A DNA stretch of 11,295 nt from an uncultured archaeon. GTDB lineage: Archaea > Asgardarchaeota > Lokiarchaeia > Sigyniarchaeales > SOKP01. Shown one piece after another: positions 1 through 6,601 of this stretch (position 1 is the stretch's first letter; each line of letters starts with the position of its first letter). The translations under genes were made by a program, and so were the position numbers. The DNA lies in assembly GCA_964447495.1 (NCBI GenBank), contig CAYUTF010000016.1, forward strand, positions 1-11,295, in the 5' to 3' direction. The notes beneath the pieces were generated by a model that worked only from the letters and a program-made list of their open reading frames with translations, made no database searches and was not told the DNA's origin.

Positions 1-224
1 TCATATTTCAACCATTTACCGTTAGTATCCTTACCTGGATTTTCACAATACTTGTCTTCAGAAACAAAATCTAAAATCTCTGATACTGCTTGAGAATCTT
101 CATCTGTATTTATATATTTACCATTTGCTTTATCTAGAATATCAAGGTCTTCATCAGATACATTCTGAATAAAATATGCTTTCATATCTTCAGGAACCAT
201 CTCAAAAACTAAAAAAACATTCAT
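1..224 (-). CDS. Hypothetical acidic protein, 3' end outside the window (MNVFLVFEMVPEDMKAYFIQNVSDEDLDILDKANGKYINTDED...)
   Basis: Manual translation: ATG at 224, GAGGAG Shine-Dalgarno just upstream, frame open to the window edge; absent from the ORF track. Confidence 0.75.
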   Translation of the reverse strand, partial: MNVFLVFEMVPEDMKAYFIQNVSDEDLDILDKANGKYINTDEDSQAVSEILDFVSEDKYCENPGKDTNGKWLKY

Positions 225-269
225 CTTTTATCTCCTCTTTGTATACAACTAACCAATTAGTTATGCCTT

Positions 270-298
270 ATATAACCACGTAACAACCAGTTTGTCAA
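270..298 (-). promoter_or_regulatory. sigma70-type promoter TTGACA-17 bp-TTATAT
   Basis: -35 at 293-298, -10 at 270-275 preceded by TG, then a short hairpin (AACTAA/TTAGTT) and the SD of the 1..224 ORF. Confidence 0.55.
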
Positions 299-517
299 CT
301 ATTTTAAACTTCCGTCAACCATTTTTTTTGGCGAACTCGAGTTCGTTTCACCTATATCATCCTGATCACTAATTACCATCTTTTTGTAAAACTCAAAATC
401 TCGTCTCAAAACCTCAGATGGCTCTCTTGGATTCAATATGGCTTCTGCAAAAATAAGTGAATCTTCAGGAGACAACTCAAGTACTTCCATCTCCACATTT
501 TCTTCATTCTTTTTCAT
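299..517 (-). CDS. Small protein resembling the C-terminal half of DUF1778/TacA-type antitoxins
   Basis: LELSPEDSLIFAEAILNPREPSEVLRR resembles the DUF1778 pattern LS.ed...f..al.nP..pn..L..; no N-terminal RHH region. Confidence 0.55.
   Translation of the reverse strand: MKKNEENVEMEVLELSPEDSLIFAEAILNPREPSEVLRRDFEFYKKMVISDQDDIGETNSSSPKKMVDGSLK
332..345. repeat. Perfect palindrome CGAACTCGAGTTCG, copy 1 of 3
   Basis: Identical cores at 5934-5947 and 11279-11292. Confidence 0.9.
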
Positions 518-586
518 TATTTTTCCTTAAGTGGGTCATCCGCAAAATCAAACAATTGGTGAATATTACCCTATTCATCTTTATTA

Positions 587-1642
587 TTAAAAAGGCAATG
601 TTGTTTGTTCTCCAGAACCTATACCAGTATATCGCCTAACTATCCTTCTGCCACCTATACGTTCAATATACTCAATAACCTCACCTTTAAATAAGGGATA
701 TTTAATCATCATATTAACCACTTCCTTCTCACCTAAAGTATATATCAGCGTAATCCCATCCCTTACATAACCATCACTACCAACTTTAGCCTCTATCTCA
801 AACCAACCTCTATCAATACACTCAGCTTTGGGTCTATTATGACGCCTACGCTTATAACCTTTATCTCTTCCATCAATCAAAAAACCAAAACCCCTCAAAA
901 GTTCAAACATCCTATTCTGACTAATTCTAACTCCTCCAACCTTAACAAAGTCTGCAAACTCACCAATACTTATCCCTCCCTTTCTTGCCATCATCGCCCT
1001 TCCATGAGCTGCTTCCTCTTGCATCTCATGCATCTTCTCTTCTACATTCATTATCCTCTTTGTCTGCTCCCTCGCTAATACTATAGCACCATCTCTCTCT
1101 TTCTCGGCAAGCTCACGCCCCTTCCTCTCTCTCAGCAGTACTTCAAGAGCTTCTGACGACATCTCTGGTATCCAAACTCCCTTCTTCACCTCTTCTTTGT
1201 TAATAATATCCTGTCCACTTGCAAGCTTTGGCAAAATATCATTTCTTAACCATCTTCTAAGTCTTACACCAACTGGTTTACGACTCAATAAACAAACGCC
1301 ATGCATTCCAGTCTCAAACAAAAGCATTGCTTGAGACCCTTTTAAAACGGGCACCGAATCGGTGCCTGTTTTTATAAACTCCTTAAATAACTTAAGTTTT
1401 TTGCCTTCCAAAATAACATAATCATCTCCATCAACGAATTCATTAGACCATTTTTCAGAAATATTATTTACTAATCTTTTCCCATCTCCAGCATATCCAA
1501 GAATATCTCCTATCTCTTTTGCTATCCAACATGGTCTACCTTCATAAGTAAAAGTAGTAATCGGCTTATCCTCAAAATCAAAAACTTGACTCACTATCTC
1601 TTGCATCTTCTCTCCTTCATTTTTCATCTTATCATCCATCAT
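587..1642 (-). CDS. Phage antirepressor-like protein, Bro-N domain plus C-terminal KilA-C/ANT domain (alternative start 1606)
   Basis: Bro-N pattern VFDFEDKPI...GRPCWIAKEIGDILGY...LLFETGMHGVCLLSRKPVGVRLRRWLRNDILPKL; coiled linker; ANT pattern ISIGEFA...ISQNRMFELLR..GFL...NRPKAECIDRGWFEI; GAAGGAG SD before the ATG at 1606. Confidence 0.85.
   Translation of the reverse strand: MMDDKMKNEGEKMQEIVSQVFDFEDKPITTFTYEGRPCWIAKEIGDILGYAGDGKRLVNNISEKWSNEFVDGDDYVILEGKKLKLFKEFIKTGTDSVPVLKGSQAMLLFETGMHGVCLLSRKPVGVRLRRWLRNDILPKLASGQDIINKEEVKKGVWIPEMSSEALEVLLRERKGRELAEKERDGAIVLAREQTKRIMNVEEKMHEMQEEAAHGRAMMARKGGISIGEFADFVKVGGVRISQNRMFELLRGFGFLIDGRDKGYKRRRHNRPKAECIDRGWFEIEAKVGSDGYVRDGITLIYTLGEKEVVNMMIKYPLFKGEVIEYIERIGGRRIVRRYTGIGSGEQTTLPF
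1344..1372. repeat. Intragenic 29-bp inverted repeat in the Bro-N coding sequence (encodes KTGTDSVPVL)
   Basis: AAAACGGGCACCGA-A-TCGGTGCCTGTTTT, 13 of 14 positions pair. Confidence 0.85.
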
Positions 1643-1661
1643 CTTCTCATCTTTTCTTCTT

Positions 1662-1690
1662 CAAGGGTGTCGCGTTTCACGACCCCCTTG
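1662..1690. repeat. GC-rich inverted repeat upstream of the Bro-N gene
   Basis: CAAGGGTGTCGCG-TTT-CACGACCCCCTTG, 11 of 13 arm positions pair. Confidence 0.85.
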
Positions 1691-1710
1691 TCTTCTTCAT
1701 CTTCTTTTTC

Positions 1711-1737
1711 GATGGGGGGACGAAACGCCCCCCCATC
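1711..1737. repeat. Second GC-rich inverted repeat upstream of the Bro-N gene
   Basis: GATGGGGGGACG-AAA-CGCCCCCCCATC, 11 of 12 arm positions pair. Confidence 0.85.
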
Positions 1738-1809
1738 TTTCTGGCCTTCAATTTATTTTTAAAAATTTTTCATTCAACAACACTTTATCAACTTTGTATG
1801 GTCCAATAT

Positions 1810-2058
1810 CTATTCATCACTCAAATATCTATCCGTATCTTCAACAACCTTTAAAATAGTCCTATCTCTATATAATATAATCTTTCTAATTAACCTCCAA
1901 ATCAATTCAATTCCAATCATAGCAATCGAAAATAAAAACAATAATCCATCTATTGATTCATCAAAATTGAATTCAAAAAGTTCTGCCCCACTTATTATAA
2001 ACAACAACGAAAAAAATCTTAAATCAATTTTTCCTATATCTTTTTTTCGTATTGACAT
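1810..2058 (-). CDS. Small membrane protein with two predicted TM segments
   Basis: Hydrophobic stretches FFSLLFIISGA and GLLFLFSIAMIGIELIW; basic N-terminus; co-oriented with neighbours. Confidence 0.6.
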   Translation of the reverse strand: MSIRKKDIGKIDLRFFSLLFIISGAELFEFNFDESIDGLLFLFSIAMIGIELIWRLIRKIILYRDRTILKVVEDTDRYLSDE

Positions 2059-2069
2059 TTTTCACCATA

Positions 2070-2393
2070 TTAATTGCATCTTTTAACTATACTAATTGCG
2101 TCTTTCATCTTCTTCACTTTTTTCGTAAGCCACCCACACCCCTCACACCACTCACAATCAACCGGATTATCACATCCACATGCAACAACACCAGCCCTAC
2201 ATGGTCCAACCACAAACTCAGAACCTGGTTTACATAAATATTTTCCAGATTCGTTATGAAGTCCCCAGTTTATTTGAACCAATTGCATCGCTCTACCGAA
2301 ACCAATAGTCTTCAAAGAAGACACTAATACTTTTTCAGAAGTTGTTTTTGGACCCAAAATATCATTAGCCTTATCATAATTATCAATCAACAT
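2070..2393 (-). CDS. Hypothetical Cys-rich, probable metal-binding phage protein
   Basis: PC...CGC....CEWCEGCGW motif; AAAGG SD; operon packing. Confidence 0.7.
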   Translation of the reverse strand: MLIDNYDKANDILGPKTTSEKVLVSSLKTIGFGRAMQLVQINWGLHNESGKYLCKPGSEFVVGPCRAGVVACGCDNPVDCEWCEGCGWLTKKVKKMKDAISIVKRCN

Positions 2394-2405
2394 ATCACAT
2401 ACCTT

Positions 2406-2942
2406 TCATCTATATCTTTCATAGCATTCATCACATAATTGATTTATGTCTCCTTGTCTTATTCCATTAATAAAATTCTTAATTCCATCAGGTTTTCCAA
2501 GCAATCTAGCTCTATGTTTCTTATTAATAATTCTTTCTACATGACCACCACAACAAGGACATTTCCATTCCATCAAAATAACCTTGTTAATATCATCAAA
2601 ATAAGTAGATACCTCAACCAGCGATTCACTATTCCATCCAAATGCTAAATCAACAGGAAAAACTGGTATACTAAATCCATCATCCAACTTTTTTTTCAAA
2701 TTTAAAAAAATATTCTTTTTGTTAGGCTTTTTAAAATAGACACTTGAAACATCCAGACCCATTCTATCCTTTGCCTTTTTTTGTACTAAATCTGAATATT
2801 CTTTTATTTTTTTCTCTATTTCAATTATTCTAAGTCTAGCATTCTCTCTTTCAGACAAAGACGACCCTTCATTTTCAACAACATTCTTAAGTTTTCTAAT
2901 CAACCTATACTTTGCTATTATATCCATACTATTTACAGGCAC
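2406..2942 (-). CDS. Hypothetical protein with N-terminal helical hairpin (loosely DUF2786-like) and C-terminal zinc ribbon
   Basis: LIRKLKNVVEN...SERENARLRI; CPCC...CDEC; overlaps the stop of the upstream gene; start may be the ATG of MDIIAK. Confidence 0.65.
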   Translation of the reverse strand: MPVNSMDIIAKYRLIRKLKNVVENEGSSLSERENARLRIIEIEKKIKEYSDLVQKKAKDRMGLDVSSVYFKKPNKKNIFLNLKKKLDDGFSIPVFPVDLAFGWNSESLVEVSTYFDDINKVILMEWKCPCCGGHVERIINKKHRARLLGKPDGIKNFINGIRQGDINQLCDECYERYR

Positions 2943-3909
2943 ATAATCTAGGGTCTACTGACCTACGATTTGACATGATTGCCCCACCATTACAAGTAAC
3001 CACAAGTATCTGATGGAAAACTATATCACTAGAATCATTGTGATATGTACACCCAGCTGCTCCAACATTCCATGTACGATCTCCTATTCCACAAGAATCA
3101 ATTTCAGCATACCAATATCCAGTTTCACCTTCTAAACCTAATCCCTGAACTATAGATATACAATTCTCTGAATTTTCCTTAATCACATTTTCTGTTTCAA
3201 CAGAATATTCCAAATCTAAACTACGGCAAACATTCAAACAATCTGACTTCTCCCACTCAAGATTTGGTTTGTAATACCAACATATCCCAGAATCTTTAGG
3301 AAATTCATATCCACCTTCCCAGCATATTTCATCTTCCGTATCATATTCAGTATCTATTAAAATATCACTATCTGTGTCTATATTATTATCGACATCACTG
3401 TCTGCATCACTATCAGCATCAGCATCAGCGTCAGCGTCAGCATCAGTGTCTGTATCAGCGTCAGCGTCAGCGTCAGCATCAGCGTCAGCATCAGCATCAG
3501 TGTCTGTATCAGTATCCCCATCAACATAATCAATATTACAACACATTAACCCATCTGGACATGTCCCATCTAATGGAATTCCACCCAAAGAAGAACAATG
3601 ACTCAAACATTCACTTATACAAGTATAATTTATGTCTGAATCAGTATCAGAATCACTGTCAGTATCAGTATCAGAATCACTATCCGTGTCTGTATCAGTA
3701 TCAGCGTCAGCATCACTATCAGCATCAGCATCGATATCACTATCTGTGTCACTATCAGCATCGGCATCTACATACTTATTTTCATCAGTATTTTCATGCA
3801 TATAATCGAAATCAGTCCCTAATCCAGAATCAATATCAAAAAACTTATCAGGTTTCACAGAACAGGCAAAAACAAAAACACAAATTAAAACCCATGAAAT
3901 CTTTTTCAT
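2929..3909 (-). CDS. Lipoprotein with two Asp-X dipeptide repeat tracts and Cys-rich domains
   Basis: Signal peptide with lipobox MKKISWVLICVFVFA-C; AAAGGAG SD before the ATG at 3909; D(A/T/S) tracts; Cys-rich modules. Confidence 0.85.
   Translation of the reverse strand: MKKISWVLICVFVFACSVKPDKFFDIDSGLGTDFDYMHENTDENKYVDADADSDTDSDIDADADSDADADTDTDTDSDSDTDTDSDSDTDSDINYTCISECLSHCSSLGGIPLDGTCPDGLMCCNIDYVDGDTDTDTDADADADADADADADTDTDADADADADADSDADSDVDNNIDTDSDILIDTEYDTEDEICWEGGYEFPKDSGICWYYKPNLEWEKSDCLNVCRSLDLEYSVETENVIKENSENCISIVQGLGLEGETGYWYAEIDSCGIGDRTWNVGAAGCTYHNDSSDIVFHQILVVTCNGGAIMSNRRSVDPRLCACK
3388..3522 (-). repeat. 6-bp-unit coding repeat (Asp-X tract 2, 45 codons)
   Basis: DGDTDTDTDADADA...DSDVD. 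Confidence 0.9.
3634..3768 (-). repeat. 6-bp-unit coding repeat (Asp-X tract 1, 45 codons)
   Basis: DADADSDTDSDID...DTDSD. Confidence 0.9.
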
Positions 3910-3977
3910 AACAAACTCTCCTTTTTTCAAAAATACTACATTCCCCCGAATCTTTCGAGAGATCTTTTTCATATTAT

Positions 3978-4009
3978 ATAATATGATAAACAAAAAGCAG
4001 TTTGTCAAC
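3978..4009 (-). promoter_or_regulatory. Probable sigma70-type promoter for the lipoprotein gene
   Basis: GTTGACAAAC at 4000-4009; -10 ambiguous (CATATT at 17 bp or TATTAT at 19 bp). Confidence 0.45.
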
Positions 4010-4038
4010 AAAATATAGAAAAAAACAATAATATTCTA

Positions 4039-4410
4039 TCAAAAATTACCATTTATATCTGGAATAAAATCTGATTCCCTAAAATTACCTTCTTTTTCAC
4101 CTCGCCTTTCACTCACTGTTTCCCAATTAACAGCCAAAAACGTTTTATCCTTTGTTGAACCGAAAGGAAGTTTCAACCTACCTATAATATCTGGTTTATC
4201 ATCTATATTTCCATCCTGGCTAAATCCATTAACAATTATCTTCTTGTTTGTTCTAGCCATAAATACTTCACTCTCTCCGATGCATATATTATATTTTGCT
4301 GAATAATATCTATTCAACAATTCCTTCCTTTTATTATCAATTCTTACAAATTCATCATATATCCTTCTAGTTTCTTCAATAATACCCTCAAGTTCTTCTC
4401 TCAAATTCAT
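4039..4410 (-). CDS. Hypothetical protein (start 4410 preferred over 4431)
   Basis: GGAGGA SD 8 nt before the ATG of MNLREE; N-terminal coiled coil. Confidence 0.7.
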   Translation of the reverse strand: MNLREELEGIIEETRRIYDEFVRIDNKRKELLNRYYSAKYNICIGESEVFMARTNKKIIVNGFSQDGNIDDKPDIIGRLKLPFGSTKDKTFLAVNWETVSERRGEKEGNFRESDFIPDINGNF

Positions 4411-4427
4411 ATTATTATCCTCCAAAT

Positions 4428-4652
4428 TCAATGATTAACCACCGACCCTCCTATACTATTATCTGAATTAAAAATCATATCCTGTTCATCTATATATTCA
4501 AACCCAAAAATAATAGTATCTTTATTTTTATCAACTGCCACAATAGCAATATCTGAAAATTTCTTCTCTATAGCTTCAAATACTATTTTCATATTTGTTC
4601 TTTTATTATCAACTATTCTTTCAACTTCTCTAAAAATTTCTTCCTTTTTCAA
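4428..4652 (-). CDS. Hypothetical protein
   Basis: TTG start with AAAGGAG SD; overlaps the upstream ORF. Confidence 0.55.
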   Translation of the reverse strand: MKKEEIFREVERIVDNKRTNMKIVFEAIEKKFSDIAIVAVDKNKDTIIFGFEYIDEQDMIFNSDNSIGGSVVNH

Positions 4653-4815
4653 CTTTAATCATCTCCTTTCTCAACCTAATATCATCTACATTCAAAATAC
4701 CCATAGAATAAAAAGCATGTAATACCGTCCTATCAGGATATTTCGATGCTGCTTCTATAACAACTTTAGGATTCAATTTCATGGAAAAAACAACTCTACA
4801 TTCATCTATTTTCAT
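4630..4815 (-). CDS. Hypothetical protein
   Basis: AAAGG SD; directly downstream of the promoter at 4858-4886. Confidence 0.6.
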   Translation of the reverse strand: MKIDECRVVFSMKLNPKVVIEAASKYPDRTVLHAFYSMGILNVDDIRLRKEMIKVEKGRNF

Positions 4816-4857
4816 ATTCAGCCTTTCTTGTCAGCATCTTGCCAACTATCCACTTAA

Positions 4858-4886
4858 AATCTAATACCTTAAAATTTATTCGTCAA
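4858..4886 (-). promoter_or_regulatory. sigma70-type promoter TTGACG-17 bp-TAGATT
   Basis: Spacer AATAAATTTTAAGGTAT resembles that of the 8865-8893 promoter; followed by the leader hairpin 4830-4846. Confidence 0.6.
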
Positions 4887-5139
4887 CCTTATTTTTATCA
4901 AGAATCTCTTGTATAGAAGATAAATTAGCTTTAAGTTCACGATTAATACGAATCAATCTTCCTCTTTTATCATTATCAATGATACGATTTAAATTAACTA
5001 CTCTCTCATAAAGACCATCAAGTTCACAAACAACTTCATCACAATCAACATTAAACGAAAGAATATGTAAAATATCATTCAATGTAACATTCATTCTTTC
5101 TAGTTCATATATCAATTTTTTGTCATTTTCATCATTCAT
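4876..5139 (-). CDS. Hypothetical helical/coiled-coil protein
   Basis: ORF track; co-oriented; heptad-like pattern. Confidence 0.6.
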   Translation of the reverse strand: MNDENDKKLIYELERMNVTLNDILHILSFNVDCDEVVCELDGLYERVVNLNRIIDNDKRGRLIRINRELKANLSSIQEILDKNKVDE

Positions 5140-5214
5140 TTTTCAACCCAATAGTTTGTCAACACTATATACTCTTGACTCCCCATCATCTTAGCTCTTT
5201 TTTGATGTAAAGGA

Positions 5215-5244
5215 AATATATATGATTTGAAATATAGTTGTCAA
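5215..5244 (-). promoter_or_regulatory. sigma70-type promoter TTGACA-18 bp-TATATT
   Basis: Intergenic, with an A-rich UP-like tract upstream. Confidence 0.5.
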
Positions 5245-5279
5245 GTACTTTTTTAAATAAAAAATATTCCAATGATTTC

Positions 5280-5699
5280 CTATCCATATCTTTCATCCAA
5301 ATAACTAAACAAATCATAAAGATTGTTTGTTTTTATTGCTTTTTCCATTCCATTATCATCTTCCATTAACCATAACCAATTAATAAAATATCCCTTAATA
5401 TGAAATTTATTAATTATATCAATAGTACCATCATTAGTTAATATCTTATCTTTAAGAGCATTTTCATTATATTTGCTTCTGATAAATGTCTTATGATCTA
5501 TAAGACGATTTTTAATAGATTCAAAATCTCTATGAAAGACTATCCACCCTGTTCCATCGTCATATTCTTCAAAAAGTCCTAATCCTTCTCTAGCCTTAGA
5601 GAATGATAAATAAGCCCATAACTGTATAGCCCATGGTAAAAACGTCAAATTTTCACTTAGTTTCTTGCTTCTACTTATAATTTCTTCATCAGTTCTCAT
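5280..5699 (-). CDS. Hypothetical protein
   Basis: 139-aa ORF overlapping the stop of the upstream ORF. Confidence 0.7.
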   Translation of the reverse strand: MRTDEEIISRSKKLSENLTFLPWAIQLWAYLSFSKAREGLGLFEEYDDGTGWIVFHRDFESIKNRLIDHKTFIRSKYNENALKDKILTNDGTIDIINKFHIKGYFINWLWLMEDDNGMEKAIKTNNLYDLFSYLDERYG

Positions 5700-5916
5700 G
5701 TCTTATTCCTGTAATTCCTTCTATCAAAGCCATTGCTATTGCAAAAGCCGTCATTTTACCTTCATTATAATTATATCTTTTAAATGTATCATATTCATAA
5801 TCACGTTCAATATCTGAAAACTCTCTCATAATTCCATCATATTCTGCTTTTGTCTTTTCATATTCTTTCTTAATAGATTCATATATCGTATCAATCATTA
5901 TTTTAGAAACATCCAT
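5689..5916 (-). CDS. Hypothetical protein
   Basis: GGAG SD; 75 aa, helical. Confidence 0.7.
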   Translation of the reverse strand: MDVSKIMIDTIYESIKKEYEKTKAEYDGIMREFSDIERDYEYDTFKRYNYNEGKMTAFAIAMALIEGITGIRHEN

Positions 5917-5931
5917 TACATCTCCATTTCA

Positions 5932-5949
5932 AACGAACTCGAGTTCGTT
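5932..5949. repeat. Perfect 18-bp palindrome AACGAACTCGAGTTCGTT, copy 2 of 3
   Basis: Intergenic, between a stop codon and the next SD. Confidence 0.9.
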
Positions 5950-5951
5950 AT

Positions 5952-6143
5952 CTATATGTACCCAAGATACAATAACCACGATGGATATCCATGTGGACAT
6001 ATACCATCAGGTTCCACTACACATCCATCTGTTGCCTTAATAATCAAATCAGAACGACTCCCGATAAAATCAAAAAGCCATCTCTCAATTTGATCCAAAT
6101 CAGGCTTAGGCATAGTTGGTTCCGGATATCTTTTCTTTTTCAT
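5952..6143 (-). CDS. Small conserved-looking phage protein, possibly metal-binding
   Basis: ATDGCVVEPDGICPHGYPSWL motif; GAGG SD. Confidence 0.7.
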   Translation of the reverse strand: MKKKRYPEPTMPKPDLDQIERWLFDFIGSRSDLIIKATDGCVVEPDGICPHGYPSWLLYLGYI

Positions 6144-6175
6144 AATATCTTTCCTCTACTTAGTATATTTATCTT

Positions 6176-6598
6176 TTATCTCTTAGTCCCTTCGAGGTTA
6201 GCCCCTTCGAAATTAGCCCCTTCGAGCTTGGCCCCTTCAAGGTTAGCCCCTTTAAGGTTGGCCAATTTAAGGTTGGCTCCTTCAAGATTGGCTCCTTTTA
6301 GGTTAGCCCATTTGAGGTTGGCCAATTTTAGGTTGGCATCTTTAAAGTTGGCCCCTTTGAGGTTGGCTCCTTCGAGATTGGCCCCTTTTAGGTTGGCCCA
6401 TTTGAGGATGGCCCATTCGAGATTGGACCCTTTAAGGTTGGCTCCTTTTAGATTGGCCCATTTAAGGTTGACTCCTTCGAGATTGGCCCCTTTGAGATTG
6501 GCCCCTTTAAGGTAAACCCCTTTTAGGTTGGCCCCTCGCAAATCAATCCCTTCTAAAATGGCTCCTCGCAAATTTCTTTCACTTAAATCGATTTTCAT
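6176..6598 (-). CDS. Pentapeptide repeat protein (paralog 1)
   Basis: Tandem A(N/K)L(K/E)(G/W/L) repeats with 15-bp periodicity; starts 3 nt after the helicase stop. Confidence 0.92.
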   Translation of the reverse strand: MKIDLSERNLRGAILEGIDLRGANLKGVYLKGANLKGANLEGVNLKWANLKGANLKGSNLEWAILKWANLKGANLEGANLKGANFKDANLKLANLKWANLKGANLEGANLKLANLKGANLEGAKLEGANFEGANLEGTKR

Positions 6599-6601
6599 TA
6601 T

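Noticed and set aside
1662-1737. Palindromes as intrinsic terminators of the minus-strand operon
   Set aside because: Followed by A/G-rich sequence, not U-tracts, on the coding strand; antisense termination is not excluded
2052-2057. Plus-strand TTGACA as an antisense promoter
   Set aside because: It is the reverse complement of the TGTCAA in a start region (ATG TCA A) and has no correctly spaced -10
3561-3911. Plus-strand Tyr/Gln/His-rich ORF
   Set aside because: Antisense shadow of the Asp-X repeat
3910-4011. 34-aa N-terminal extension of the lipoprotein given in the ORF track
   Set aside because: It spans the promoter and SD; the signal peptide begins at 3909
5991-6515. Plus-strand ORF with LAPSR/LAPLR repeats
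   Set aside because: Antisense shadow of pentapeptide paralog 1
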